A stretch of DNA of 64,000 nucleotides from an uncultured Acidobacteriota bacterium. Lineage in GTDB: Bacteria; Acidobacteriota; Polarisedimenticolia; J045. The notes under the pieces were generated by a model. That model saw only the letters and a program-made list of their open reading frames with translations, was not told the origin of the DNA and did no database searches. This document shows positions 1 to 12,322 of the stretch, one piece after another; within the stretch, counting starts at the first letter, position 1; each line of letters starts with the position of its first letter. The DNA is taken from assembly GCA_963702425.1 (NCBI GenBank), contig CAVPCQ010000006.1:192001-256000 (forward strand), given 5' to 3'. Made by a program: the position numbers and the translations under genes.

Positions 1-2
1 AC

Positions 3-2306
<2,304 letters not shown>

Positions 2307-2313
2307 GGCGCGC

Positions 2314-2751
2314 CTACCGCCGCACCAGTTCGCCGCTCTCCAGCCGGCGCCGGATCCCGTCGACGAGACCGTTGACGAAGGCGCCCGACTCCGGGCCGCC
2401 GAACAGCTTGGCCAGCTCGATCGCCTCGTCGAGGATCACGGCGGCCGGGGTGTCGGGCTCGTCGAGCAGCTCGAACAGGGCGATCCGCAGCACGTTGCGG
2501 TCGACGGCCGCCATCCGCTCGAGGCGCCAGTTGGTGGAGCCGGCGCGGATCAGGCCGTCCAGCTCCCCCATCCGCCGCACGACGCCGCGCACGAGGTGCT
2601 CGGCGAAGCGGCGCGCCTGCGGGTCGAGCTTCTCCTCGGCCAGGCCGCCCTCGAGGTAGCTGGCGATCACCTGCTCCGTCCCGTCGCCCGAGAGTTCGCG
2701 CTGGTAGAGCATCGCGAGCGCGGCCTCGCGGGCCTGGGTCCGGGCGCGCAT
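2314..2751 (-). CDS. nusB: Transcription antitermination factor NusB
   Basis: MRARTQAREAALAMLYQ...WRLERMAAVDRNVLRIALFEL...VILDEAIELAKLFG..SGAFVNGLVD; directly downstream of ribH (conserved ribH-nusB pair). Confidence 0.96.
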   Translation of the reverse strand: MRARTQAREAALAMLYQRELSGDGTEQVIASYLEGGLAEEKLDPQARRFAEHLVRGVVRRMGELDGLIRAGSTNWRLERMAAVDRNVLRIALFELLDEPDTPAAVILDEAIELAKLFGGPESGAFVNGLVDGIRRRLESGELVRR

Positions 2752-2756
2752 CCGGC

Positions 2757-3230
2757 TCAGCCGGCGAGCTTCTTGAGCTGCGCCATCTCGACGGCGGTCA
2801 GCGCCGCCTCGAACCCCTTGTTGCCCGACTTCCCGCCCGAGCGCTCCATCGCCTGCTCGAGCGTGTCGGTCGTCAGCACGCCGTCGGCGACCGGGATCCC
2901 GGTCTCGGAGGCGACCGCCGCGAGGTCGCGCGTGACGGTCATCGCCAGCTGGTCGAAGTGCGGCGTCTCGCCGCGGACCAGCGCCCCGAGCGCGATCAGC
3001 GCGTCGGGCGCGCTCTTGCCGCGCGCGAGCATCCGCAGCCCCTGGGTGATCTCGAACGACCCCGGCACGCGGACGACGGTCACGTTGTCGCGCGACCCGC
3101 CCAGCCGCGTGATCCCGTCGAGCGCCCCGTTCAGCAGCACCTCGGTCACGCGGCTGTTGTAGCGCGAGAGGACGATCCCGAACGTGAGACCCTTGGCGTC
3201 GAGCTTGCCGGCCAGTTCCTTCATCGACAT
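2757..3230 (-). CDS. ribH: 6,7-dimethyl-8-ribityllumazine synthase
   Basis: IVLSRYNSRVTEVLLNGA, VRVPGSFEI, LGALVRGETPHFD, GVLTTDTLEQAMERSGGKSGNKGFEAA. Confidence 0.97.
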   Translation of the reverse strand: MSMKELAGKLDAKGLTFGIVLSRYNSRVTEVLLNGALDGITRLGGSRDNVTVVRVPGSFEITQGLRMLARGKSAPDALIALGALVRGETPHFDQLAMTVTRDLAAVASETGIPVADGVLTTDTLEQAMERSGGKSGNKGFEAALTAVEMAQLKKLAG

Positions 3231-3324
3231 GGTTGAACCTCACCGGGGCCAGAGCGGCTTCGGGCCGGGCCCACGAGCGGGCGGAGTCTAGCACCCGGGC
3301 CGGGGCTCCACGAACCGCCCCGCC

Positions 3325-4038
3325 TCAGATCTCGATTCCGGCGGCGCGCCGGAGCAGCGCGGGCCAGTGGGGCGCCAGCAGACCCTTCAGGACCAGGTCG
3401 GCCCCCCACAGCGCCGCGGCGAACGCCAGCCGTTTCCGCTCCGCGTACAGCCAGGCCGGCGGCGGCATCCGCTCCAGGAGCAACCGCGACAGGCAGACCC
3501 CCAGCAGCACGAAAGCGGCCACGCGCAGGATCGACCAGGGGTGCCAGGCAAGGGCGACGGCCGCCAGCGGCCGCTCGGCGAGGCTGGCCGTCATCCCGAC
3601 GTAGAAGGACATGAAGCCGAGCAGGTAGGCGCCCAGCACGAGCCCGCCCCAGCCGCCGGTCACCGCGGCCAGGACGACGAAGGCGACGAGGTGCAGCAGA
3701 TGCTGGGGGACGAAGGCCGCCGGCGAGGCCTCCGGGCCGACGCCCGTCTCGAGCCACGGGCGCATCTCGTTCCAGTAGCTGCGCGCGTGCGGAATGACCC
3801 GCGCCGCGGTCTCGGGCGCGGCCGCCGTCAGGGCTACGAACGACAGCGAGAGCGCCGCCGCCCACGCCAGGAGCCAGCCCACGAGGCCGGGCCGGGTCCG
3901 GTCGCGGCGCGACGCGAGGAACCAGAAGGCCAGCGAGCCGGCGGCCAGCGGCGCGCTCCAGCGCCAGCCGGTCACGAACGGCAGCGCCGCGGCGAGCGGC
4001 GCGGAGAGCACCAGCCAGGCTCCCGGCTCGCGCTTCAC
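3325..4038 (-). CDS. Multi-pass membrane protein of unknown function
   Basis: GTG start overlaps the mtnP stop (GTGA); about 6-7 hydrophobic segments. Confidence 0.7.
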   Translation of the reverse strand: MKREPGAWLVLSAPLAAALPFVTGWRWSAPLAAGSLAFWFLASRRDRTRPGLVGWLLAWAAALSLSFVALTAAAPETAARVIPHARSYWNEMRPWLETGVGPEASPAAFVPQHLLHLVAFVVLAAVTGGWGGLVLGAYLLGFMSFYVGMTASLAERPLAAVALAWHPWSILRVAAFVLLGVCLSRLLLERMPPPAWLYAERKRLAFAAALWGADLVLKGLLAPHWPALLRRAAGIEI

Positions 4039-4913
4039 GCGTGGTGCGCGAGCAGCGGGCCGAGCCGCAGGACCGTCGCCTCGGGCCACGCCGCACGGGG
4101 GGTGATGATCGCGAACCGCAACGCGTCGGCACATCCGCAGGACCGGGCCGCCGGCAGGTCGGCCGCCAGGGTGCGGACCGCGTCCTGCGCCCGCTTCGCG
4201 TTGACGTGCAGCCGGTCGACGATCTGCTCGACCGAGACCGGCTCCTCGTCCGTCTTCCAGCAATCGTAGTCGGTGACCAGCGCCATCGAGGCGAAGCAGA
4301 GCTCGGCCTCGCGGCAGAGCCGGGCCTCCTGCATGTTCGTCATCCCGATCACCGAGGCGCCCAGGCTGCGATAGAAGCGCGACTCGGCCCGCGTCGAGAA
4401 CTGCGGCCCCTCCATGCAGACGTAGGTTCCGCCCTCGTGGACGGTCGCCCCGGCGCCCCGGGCCGCGATCCCCAGCCGGCCCGCGAGGTCCGCGCAGACC
4501 GGGTCGGCGAGCGAGACGTGGGCCACGATCCCGTCGCCGAAGAAGGTGTCGGGGCGGTGCCGGGTGCGATCGAACATCTGGTCGGGCACGACGACGTCGA
4601 GCGGGTGGATCTGCTCGGCGAGCGACCCGACCGCCGACACCGCCAGCACGAACTCCACGCCGAGCGACTTGAGCGCCCAGACGTTGGCGCGGAAGTTGAT
4701 CTCGGTCGGCAGGATCGTGTGCGACGGGCCGTGCCGCGCCAGGAACGCAACGCTCGCGGGACCGAGACGGCCGACCACGATGGGCGAGCTGGGCGCACCG
4801 AACGGGGTCTCGACTCGCAGTTCCTGGGCGCTCGCGAGCCCTTCCATCCGGTACAGGCCGCTGCCGCCGATCACTCCCAGTCGCGCCCGCCGCTCGCCCC
4901 CAGCCCCGCTCAT
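4035..4913 (-). CDS. mtnP: S-methyl-5'-thioadenosine phosphorylase
   Basis: LGVIGGSGLY, TPFGAPS, FLARHG, INFRANVWAL, EGPQFSTRAES, VIGMT, LVTDYDCW. Confidence 0.96.
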   Translation of the reverse strand: MSGAGGERRARLGVIGGSGLYRMEGLASAQELRVETPFGAPSSPIVVGRLGPASVAFLARHGPSHTILPTEINFRANVWALKSLGVEFVLAVSAVGSLAEQIHPLDVVVPDQMFDRTRHRPDTFFGDGIVAHVSLADPVCADLAGRLGIAARGAGATVHEGGTYVCMEGPQFSTRAESRFYRSLGASVIGMTNMQEARLCREAELCFASMALVTDYDCWKTDEEPVSVEQIVDRLHVNAKRAQDAVRTLAADLPAARSCGCADALRFAIITPRAAWPEATVLRLGPLLAHHA

Positions 4914-6832
4914 CGGGGGATGCCCGGGCGTCCGGCGCCGGCCTTGGGAGGCGGAGGTGCCTTGGCGTTCCGGGCCGCGACGACGCGCTCCCGCAGGGCG
5001 GCCAGCGCGCCGCGCACGGTCGCCGGGTCCGTCAGCCGCGGCGACTCGAGCCCCTCGTAGAGCGCCATGAGCGCGGCGCCGGGGGTGATCGCGAGCCCGA
5101 CGGATCGCATCCTCTCGGCATCGGTCGCGGGATCGAGGGTCAGGATCGTGACGAACGGGAAGTCAGCCCCGAGCGCGGCGCGGCGCAGGGCGTCCCCCGC
5201 CGGTTCGCCCGCGCGAGCGGTGACGACCACACGGATCGGCGGAGAGTGGTACTCGTAGGCCGCGAGGCCATACGACGGCATGAGCAGCGCAGCCCGCCGG
5301 TAGGACTCGGCGAACGCCCGCAGAATGTCCCGGGCCGCGTCGGCATAGCGGCGCTCCCCGGTGAGCCAGAAGAGCCGGACCAGACCCCGTACCATGTGGC
5401 TGTTGGCCTCGAGCGGAAAGAGCGGGTACCGCAGCAGCCCCGGCTCCGCGGGGTCGCTCACCCGATCGGCGAGCGCTCCGGTGCCCGCCTCGCGCAGATT
5501 GGTGACCGCCACCTTGGCGACGTCCGCCGCCGCGTCGAGCCAGGCCTTCTGCCCGGTGATCTCGTACGCGCTGATGAACGCCATCGTCACCTCGGCCAGG
5601 TCCTCGAGGTAAACCGTCAACACGCCTTCACGGTCGACGACCGCGTGCGCCACCCCCCGGCCCGCGCGCCAGCGCTTCTCCTTGAGGAAGCTCGCCGCCG
5701 CGACTCCCCGCTCGACGAGCGCCGGCTCCGCCAGCGCCGCACCGGCCCGCATCAGCGCGGCGGCCGCAACGGCGTTGGCGCCGGACAGGACCGTTTCATC
5801 GCGTCCGCCGGGACAGGCCGCACAGAGCGCCGCGGCGAAGGACCCGTCGGCGTTCCCCAACGAGCCGGTGAGGAAGGCCGCGGTCCTCAGCGCCTGGTCC
5901 CGGACCGACCGGCGCCCGTTGGTGCGGAAAGCCAGCGTCTGGAGCTCGAGCAGCCTCGCGTTCCGGTCGAGCAGCTTCTCCTTCTGCGGATCGCTCCAGT
6001 CGAGTCCCGACGCCATGCGAAAGAGCCCGCCATCGGCCGGATCGGTCAGTTTCGTCGTGAGCGTCTCGAGCGATGCCGAGCCCATCGTGCGCCAGGGCTC
6101 GCCCCGCTCCGCCCCGAACTCGATCATGAACTCGATCAGGTCGAACCGCGGCAGCCGCGGAGGCCCGCCGAAGTAGCGCGCCTCCGGGTCGAAGGTCGAC
6201 TGGAGCTGGGTCGCGATTCCCAGCGTCATCGCGTCCTCGATCTTGCCCGAGGTCGGGCGGGCGGTTTCCCTGATCTGAGCGACCTGCTTGCGCGCGATCT
6301 CGACCGCGCGCGCTCCCTCGACCTCGTAGTAGACGCGGGCCTCGTTGAGCAGCTGTGCCATCGCTTCCGGCCGCAGCAGCGTGGCGGTCATCCGGCGCGG
6401 CTCCCCCTTCCCTTCCTTGGGCAGGAAGAACAGCGGCGTCCCGTCGGGCAACAGGATGTTGATGTCCGGCCAGGCCTCGGCCGGATAGCGTGCGCGCAAG
6501 TCCGGACGGATGTCGGCCCGGACCCGGACCGGAAGATACCCGGCGCGAACCGCCTCGATCACGGCCGCGTCGGTGAAGACCGTCTCGTTGGCGGCCTTCA
6601 CCGCCTCGCTCCACGGGACCTCGAGGACCATCAGCAGCAAGCGATCTTCCGCCAGGGCGCGTCGGATCGTACCCGGCGCCAGGTCGAGCCATTCGATGCC
6701 CGCGGCGAGGGGCGGAGCAGACGGAGCGGGCGAGGAGCTCGTCGCCGCGACGGCGGGCAGCGCCAACGCGAAGAGCAGACAGAGAGACGTCAGGACCGAG
6801 CGGGAAGACATCGAGGGCCTCGCGTGGCGCAC
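4910..6832 (-). CDS. Exported YyaL/DUF255-like protein (degenerate thioredoxin-like N-domain plus (alpha/alpha)6 barrel)
   Basis: Signal peptide; IEW...ED(R)LLL; VRADIRPDL..RY...WP..NILLPDGTP; EKLLDRNARLL; YLEDLA..AF..AYEITG...WL..A. Confidence 0.75.
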   Translation of the reverse strand: MRHARPSMSSRSVLTSLCLLFALALPAVAATSSSPAPSAPPLAAGIEWLDLAPGTIRRALAEDRLLLMVLEVPWSEAVKAANETVFTDAAVIEAVRAGYLPVRVRADIRPDLRARYPAEAWPDINILLPDGTPLFFLPKEGKGEPRRMTATLLRPEAMAQLLNEARVYYEVEGARAVEIARKQVAQIRETARPTSGKIEDAMTLGIATQLQSTFDPEARYFGGPPRLPRFDLIEFMIEFGAERGEPWRTMGSASLETLTTKLTDPADGGLFRMASGLDWSDPQKEKLLDRNARLLELQTLAFRTNGRRSVRDQALRTAAFLTGSLGNADGSFAAALCAACPGGRDETVLSGANAVAAAALMRAGAALAEPALVERGVAAASFLKEKRWRAGRGVAHAVVDREGVLTVYLEDLAEVTMAFISAYEITGQKAWLDAAADVAKVAVTNLREAGTGALADRVSDPAEPGLLRYPLFPLEANSHMVRGLVRLFWLTGERRYADAARDILRAFAESYRRAALLMPSYGLAAYEYHSPPIRVVVTARAGEPAGDALRRAALGADFPFVTILTLDPATDAERMRSVGLAITPGAALMALYEGLESPRLTDPATVRGALAALRERVVAARNAKAPPPPKAGAGRPGIPR

Positions 6833-6836
6833 GGCA

Positions 6837-7331
6837 TCAGGGGGCCGCGCCGATAGTGATCGTCATCCGGGTGTCGCCGACGCGGATCTCGTCCCCGTCC
6901 TGGAGTTGGCAGCTCGAGCTGCGCCGCCCGTTGACCCAGGTGCCGTTCGTGGAGCCGAGGTCCTTGAGCAGGACGCAGGTGGCGCCGTAGATCTCGAGGC
7001 TGGCGTGACGGCGCGAGACACGTGGGTCGGAGAGCGGCACCTCGCAGCCCCCGCGACCGATCAGTACGCGCGAGCGGGTGACGCGGTAGTGCGCGCCGGA
7101 CTCGGCCCCTTCGACCACCTCCAGCAGGATCTCCCACCCGGACGGCAGCGGGACCCGGGCCAGGTCGTCACCCGACGGTTCGGGCGCGACCCCTTCCGGT
7201 TCGCTGCCTGGGATGCGCACGATCAGCGTCTTGCTGCGGCGCGGCCCGGAGGAGGCGTCGCTGCAGACGCCGCACACGCCGGTCTCCTCCAGCGGTCCCC
7301 CGCAATCGGTGCAGCGCGTGCGGTCGTTCAT
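6837..7331 (-). CDS. Zinc-ribbon plus FHA domain protein
   Basis: N-terminal CTDC...CGVC; FHA motifs IGR, VSRRHA, DLGSTNGTWVNG, LQDGDEIRVG. Confidence 0.88.
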   Translation of the reverse strand: MNDRTRCTDCGGPLEETGVCGVCSDASSGPRRSKTLIVRIPGSEPEGVAPEPSGDDLARVPLPSGWEILLEVVEGAESGAHYRVTRSRVLIGRGGCEVPLSDPRVSRRHASLEIYGATCVLLKDLGSTNGTWVNGRRSSSCQLQDGDEIRVGDTRMTITIGAAP

Positions 7332-8098
7332 GGAAGATGACCCTCCCCCGCGAGCGCGTCGAGCAGCGGCACTCCGGTGCGCTCGGTGAATTGGCGGCCG
7401 AACGACGGGAGGTCGGGCGCGTCGTCGTCGGCTTGCAGCTTCTCGACCCGCGCCAGCGGGAAGAACTGGAGCGACGGCGTGAGCGGCCCGCGCTCCCGAC
7501 GGGCCCACTGCGCGACCCAGTCGTCCCAGGCGTCGAGGTCGAGCCCGAGCAGCGCCACGCCGACCCCGTCGAGCGACCGGACGGCGCCGATCATCCGGGC
7601 CCGCGGCTCCTTCACGTAGAGCACGGCCAGCGTCCCCGTCGCGAAGGGGTGCGCGTCGGCGGCCTCAATCGCGTTCCCCTTCGCGCCGGGCGGGCGCTCG
7701 GACAGCTCCAGCAGCACGCCGCCGGTGTCCTTCGGGTGCAGGAAGGCGACGCGGCAGCCGCCGGCCCCGGGCCGCGCTCCGCCACCGATCGCCTCGATCC
7801 CGTGCGCGGCGAGCCGCGCCAAGGCGGCCGCGATGTCGTCCACCGCCAGGCAGAGGTGGTGGATCCCCTCGCCCCGCTTCTCGAGCGCGCGCGCGACCGG
7901 CGAGTCGCCGGAGAGCGGCTCGAGCAGCTCGATGTGTCCGCCTCCGAAGTCCAGGAACCAGGTCCTGACCCCTTCGGTCGGGACGACCTCGGCCCGGTCG
8001 AGCGGCAGCCCCAGGGCCTCCGCCCAGAGCGGCAGCCGCTGGCGGGGATCCCTGACCGCGATCCCGACGTGATCCAGACCGAGGACCCTGCCCTTCAT
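7328..8098 (-). CDS. mce: Methylmalonyl-CoA epimerase with an extra C-terminal domain
   Basis: LDHVGIAV, IELLEP, KRGEGIHHLCLAVDDI, VAFLHPKDTGGVLLEL; next to meaB; about 120 extra C-terminal residues. Confidence 0.9.
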   Translation of the reverse strand: MKGRVLGLDHVGIAVRDPRQRLPLWAEALGLPLDRAEVVPTEGVRTWFLDFGGGHIELLEPLSGDSPVARALEKRGEGIHHLCLAVDDIAAALARLAAHGIEAIGGGARPGAGGCRVAFLHPKDTGGVLLELSERPPGAKGNAIEAADAHPFATGTLAVLYVKEPRARMIGAVRSLDGVGVALLGLDLDAWDDWVAQWARRERGPLTPSLQFFPLARVEKLQADDDAPDLPSFGRQFTERTGVPLLDALAGEGHLP

Positions 8099-8099
8099 C

Positions 8100-9077
8100 T
8101 CACGCCTCCCGGCGGGCGACCGTCGGTCCCACCGCGCCGCTCGCGGCAAGCACCTCGTCGGCTGCGCTGTAGGGATCGATCTCGCGCGCCGCGAGGCGCT
8201 CGATCGTGCGCTCGAAGCCCGCCTCGCCGAGACCCGTCTCGATCGTGCGGCGCAGCAGGGCCCGGACCAGGATGTCGGTCAGCCGGCCGCGCGCCCGGGC
8301 CCGCGCGCGGTCCGCCCGCCGGGCCCGCGTCTCGGGCGCGGTCCCCTGCTTCTCGATCGCCTCGACCAGCTCGTCGACGCCGTCGCCGCGGATCGCGACC
8401 GTGCGCAGGATCGCCGGCCGAGGCCGCGCGTCGTCGACCAGCGCCATCATCTGCCGCAGCTCGGATTCCAGCTTGTCGGCCCCGTCGCGGTCGGCCTTGT
8501 TGATCACGAACAGGTCGGCGATCTCGAGGATCCCGGCCTTGATCGCCTGGATGTCGTCCCCCATCCCCGGCACGAGCACGACCAGCACGGTGTCGGCGAG
8601 CCGCGCGATGTCGACCTCGGCCTGCCCCACGCCGACCGTCTCGACGATCACCACGTCCTTGCCGCTGGCGTCGAGCAGGTCGATCACGTCGCCAGTGGCG
8701 CGCGACAGCCCGCCCAGGAAGCCGCGCGTCGCCATCGAGCGGATGAAAACCCCGGGGTCGGAGGTGTGGCGCATCATCCGCACCCGGTCGCCGAGGATCG
8801 CGCCGCCCGAAAACGCCGAGGACGGATCGACCGCGACCACGCCGACAGTCCGGCCACGCGTCCGCAGCGACTCCACGAGGCGGTCGACCAGGCTCGACTT
8901 CCCCGCCCCGGGCGCCCCGGTCACGCCGATCGTCGCCGCGCGGCCGGCGCGCGGGTAGAGCTCGCGCAGCACCTCGACCGCCAGCGGGTGGTCGTTCTCG
9001 ACGTGGCTGATCGCGCGCGCCAGCGCGCGCACCTCGCCCGCCTGCACCCGCTCCGCGATCTCCCGGCCGCTCGTCAC
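8100..9077 (-). CDS. meaB: Methylmalonyl-CoA mutase-associated GTPase MeaB/ArgK
   Basis: GVTGAPGAGKSSL, AVDPSSAFSGGAILGDRVRM, FIRSMATRG, ETVGVGQAE, GDDIQAIKAGILEIAD, NKAD. Confidence 0.96.
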   Translation of the reverse strand: MTSGREIAERVQAGEVRALARAISHVENDHPLAVEVLRELYPRAGRAATIGVTGAPGAGKSSLVDRLVESLRTRGRTVGVVAVDPSSAFSGGAILGDRVRMMRHTSDPGVFIRSMATRGFLGGLSRATGDVIDLLDASGKDVVIVETVGVGQAEVDIARLADTVLVVLVPGMGDDIQAIKAGILEIADLFVINKADRDGADKLESELRQMMALVDDARPRPAILRTVAIRGDGVDELVEAIEKQGTAPETRARRADRARARARGRLTDILVRALLRRTIETGLGEAGFERTIERLAAREIDPYSAADEVLAASGAVGPTVARREA

Positions 9078-9084
9078 TTCGTCC

Positions 9085-10239
9085 TCAGTGCTTGTCGAGC
9101 CGGCCGAGCAGCTGGCGCGCGATCACCATCCGCTGGATCTCCGAGGTCCCCTCGCCGATCGTGCAGAGCTTGGCGTCGCGGTAGTACTTCTCGACCGGAT
9201 AGTCCTTGACGTAGCCGTAACCGCCGAAGACCTGGATCGCGTCGTTGGAGACGCGGACCGCGACCTCGCTCGCGTACAGCTTGGCCATCGACGACTCGAG
9301 CGTCGTCGGCTTCTTCTGGTCCTTCAGCCACGCCGCGCGATAGGTCAGGAGACGCGCCGCGTCGGTCTCGGTCGCCATGTTGGCGAGCATCGCCTGCACC
9401 GCCTGGAAGGCGCCGATCGGCTGGCCGAACTGCTTGCGCTCGCCGGCGTACTTGATGGCGTGCCCCAGCGCCCCGGCCGCGATCCCGACCGCCAGCGCGG
9501 CGATCGAGATCCGCCCGCCGTCGAGCACCTGCATCGCCTGCTTGAAGCCGGTGCCGGTCTCGCCGATCAACTGTCCCTTGGGAATCCGGCAATCCTGCAG
9601 CACGACCTCCGAGGTGTCGGAGGCGCGCATCCCGAGCTTGTCCTCGTGCTTGCCGACCGAGAACCCGGGCGTCCCCTTCTCGACGATGAAGGCCGAGATC
9701 CCGTGGTGGGCCTTGGAGGGGTCGGTCGAGGCGAACAGGACCGCGACCTGGCCGACGCCGGCGTGGGTGGTGAAGGTCTTCGAGCCGTTGAGCACCCAGT
9801 GATTGCCGTCGAGGACCGCCGTCGTGCGGGTCCCGCCGGCGTCGGAGCCGGCGGTCGGCTCGGTCAGGCCCCAGGCCCCGATCCACTCGCCCCGGGCGAG
9901 CTTCGGCAGGTACTTCCGCTTCTGCTCCTCGCTCCCGAACTGCAGGATGTGGCCGGTGCCGAGGCTGTTGTGGGCGGCGATCCCCAGGCCCACCGAGGGG
10001 TCGACGGCGCTGACCGCGTCGATCACGGCGACGTACTCGACGTAGCCCAGGCCGGCCCCGCCGTACTCCTCCGGCACCAGGATCCCGAGGAAGCCGAGTT
10101 CGCCCGCCTTGCGGTAGACGTCCATCGGAAAGGTCGCGTCGCGGTCCCACTCCCGGATGTGGGGGGCGATCTCGCCCGCCGCGAAGTCGGCGGCGGCCTT
10201 GCGGATCTGTTCCTGCTCCTCGGTCAGTCGAAAGTCCAC
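9085..10239 (-). CDS. Acyl-CoA dehydrogenase (short/branched-chain type)
   Basis: [69 protein letters not shown]...[10 protein letters not shown]. Confidence 0.95.
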   Translation of the reverse strand: MDFRLTEEQEQIRKAAADFAAGEIAPHIREWDRDATFPMDVYRKAGELGFLGILVPEEYGGAGLGYVEYVAVIDAVSAVDPSVGLGIAAHNSLGTGHILQFGSEEQKRKYLPKLARGEWIGAWGLTEPTAGSDAGGTRTTAVLDGNHWVLNGSKTFTTHAGVGQVAVLFASTDPSKAHHGISAFIVEKGTPGFSVGKHEDKLGMRASDTSEVVLQDCRIPKGQLIGETGTGFKQAMQVLDGGRISIAALAVGIAAGALGHAIKYAGERKQFGQPIGAFQAVQAMLANMATETDAARLLTYRAAWLKDQKKPTTLESSMAKLYASEVAVRVSNDAIQVFGGYGYVKDYPVEKYYRDAKLCTIGEGTSEIQRMVIARQLLGRLDKH

Positions 10240-10344
10240 GGCGTCCTCCGGCGGGCGTCGAAACGGGGCGACGGCTCTGTCGGTGCAAGAAGGGATGGCG
10301 GCGGAACGGGGGATGATACCGCCGCGGGCGGCCGTCCGCCGCGC

Positions 10345-11484
10345 TCAGAGCAGGTCGACGAAGAGCTCGTCGGCGATCAGGAAGCCGGCCGCGGTGAGCC
10401 GGACCCGGGTCCCGTCCCGAAACGCCAGGCCGAACCGTGCCGCCTGCGCCAGCGCCCCTTCCCGCGCCCCGATCACGGCGTCCCCGTAACGCGCCGCGAG
10501 CGCCGCGAGGTCGACCCCCTCGGCCGTTCGCAGGCCGAACACGAGGGCCTCCCCGGCGCGCCGGTCGGGGTCGTACGGCTCGGCCGCGGGCGGCGGGAAG
10601 CCGGCCCGCGCGGCGGCCTCGTAATCGGAGAAGCGGCGCGGGTTGGTCCAGCGCATCCCGTCGACGTACGAGGCCGCCGACGGCCCGAATCCGGCGTACG
10701 GCAGATCACGCCAGTAGCGTAGGTTGTGGCGGCTCAGGCGGCCCGGGAGCGCGAAGTTCGAGATCTCGTAGCGGGCCAGGCCGGTCCGCTCCAGCGCGGC
10801 CACGGCGGCGTCGTACATCTCGGCCATCAGGTCCGGATCGGGGCGCGGCAGCGCGCCCCGCTCGATCGCTCGGACCAGCGGGGTGCGGCTGGTCGTCTCG
10901 AGCGCGTAGATCGAGACGTGGTCCGAGCCCAGCTCGATCGCTTGGGCCAGCTCGCCGGCCCAGCCCGCGAGCGACTGCCCCGGCCAGCCGAAGATCAGGT
11001 CGATCCCGAGCGACGGGATCCCCGCGGCGCGCGCCGCGTCCACCGCCCGGATCGACTCCGCTGCGCTTCCCGGCCGGCCCAGCGCCGCCAGCCCCTCCGC
11101 GGTCAGCGACTGGATCCCGATCGTCAGGCGGTTCACCCCCGACGCTAGCCACGCCGCGAGCGTCTCCGCCCGCACGTCTTCGGGGTTCGCCTCGAGGCTG
11201 ACCTCGCCGCCCTGGTCGAGCCGGAAGGCGCCGCGCACCGCCTCGAGTGTCCCCGCGATGACCGAGGGTGGGACGCGCGACGGCGTCCCGCCGCCGAAGT
11301 AGACGCTGTCGGCCGGGCGGGTGCCGAAACGGGCGCCGAAGGCGGCGATCTCGGCCGCCAGCGCGTCGGCGAAGTCCGGCACCCGGCGGTCCTGGCCGGT
11401 GACGATCGCGAAGTCGCAATAGGCGCAGCGCTGGCCGCAGAACGGCACGTGGAGGTAGACGCCCAGCGAGCGGTCGTCGCGCAT
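10345..11484 (-). CDS. hemW: Radical SAM heme chaperone HemW (HemN-like)
   Basis: YLHVPFCGQRCAYCDF, YFGGGTPS, YEISNFA...SRHNLRYW (HNxxYW signature). Confidence 0.93.
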   Translation of the reverse strand: MRDDRSLGVYLHVPFCGQRCAYCDFAIVTGQDRRVPDFADALAAEIAAFGARFGTRPADSVYFGGGTPSRVPPSVIAGTLEAVRGAFRLDQGGEVSLEANPEDVRAETLAAWLASGVNRLTIGIQSLTAEGLAALGRPGSAAESIRAVDAARAAGIPSLGIDLIFGWPGQSLAGWAGELAQAIELGSDHVSIYALETTSRTPLVRAIERGALPRPDPDLMAEMYDAAVAALERTGLARYEISNFALPGRLSRHNLRYWRDLPYAGFGPSAASYVDGMRWTNPRRFSDYEAAARAGFPPPAAEPYDPDRRAGEALVFGLRTAEGVDLAALAARYGDAVIGAREGALAQAARFGLAFRDGTRVRLTAAGFLIADELFVDLL

Positions 11485-11515
11485 CGGGCCGCCATTGTGC
11501 GCGACAATCGCGGCG

Positions 11516-12313
11516 ATGCCCGCCGACTCTCACCCGAACCGCCCGCTCCGGCGGTTCGGCCAGAACTTTCTCTCGGATCGCGTGCTGGCCGAGCGGCTGG
11601 TCGAGCTGTTCGACCCCCGCCCGGACGAGACGGTGGTCGAGATCGGGCCGGGAACGGGCGCGTTGACCGGGTTGATCGCGCCGCACTGCGGGCGCTTCGT
11701 CGCGCTCGAGCTGGACGAACGGCTGGTGCCGGGGATTGCGGAGCTGCTCGCCGGGCAGCGGGGGGCCGAGGTCCGGCGGGTCGACGCACTCTCCGTGAGT
11801 TGGGACGCGCTGGCGGAGGAACTCGGCGCGGCCCGCCTGCGCGTGATCGGCAACCTGCCCTACAACGTCGCCACGCCGATCGTGCGGCGGCTCCTGGCCT
11901 CGGACCGGGTGGGCGACCTGCAGGTCGTGCTGCAGCGCGAGGTCGCCGACCGCTTCCTCGCCGGCCCGGGAACGAAGGACTACGGCCCGGTCTCGATCGT
12001 CGCCGCGCTCCGCGCGGAGGGCCGACGCCTGATCACGCTCGGGCCCGGCGCCTTCCGGCCCCGCCCGAAGGTTACCAGCACCGCGATCGCGTTCGCGCGG
12101 CGGGACGGTCCGACGCTCCCGGCGGCCGAGATCCCGGCGCTCGAGCGCTGCCTGTTCCGTGGTTTCGGACACCGCCGGAAGATGCTCGCGAACAACTTCG
12201 GCGCCGACGGCGCGCGCGTGCGCGCTTTCCTAGCCGGGCACGGCCTCTCGCCCGACGCACGCGCCGAAGCGGTCCCGGCCGCGGTCTGGCTGGCCCTCTC
12301 GCGGCACCTATAA
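11516..12313 (+). CDS. rsmA: 16S rRNA m6,2A1518/1519 dimethyltransferase
   Basis: RFGQNFL, VVEIGPGTGALT, ELD, GNLPYNVATP, LQREVADR, FRPRPKVTS, RRKML. Confidence 0.95.
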   Translation: MPADSHPNRPLRRFGQNFLSDRVLAERLVELFDPRPDETVVEIGPGTGALTGLIAPHCGRFVALELDERLVPGIAELLAGQRGAEVRRVDALSVSWDALAEELGAARLRVIGNLPYNVATPIVRRLLASDRVGDLQVVLQREVADRFLAGPGTKDYGPVSIVAALRAEGRRLITLGPGAFRPRPKVTSTAIAFARRDGPTLPAAEIPALERCLFRGFGHRRKMLANNFGADGARVRAFLAGHGLSPDARAEAVPAAVWLALSRHL

Positions 12314-12322
12314 TCCGCGACG

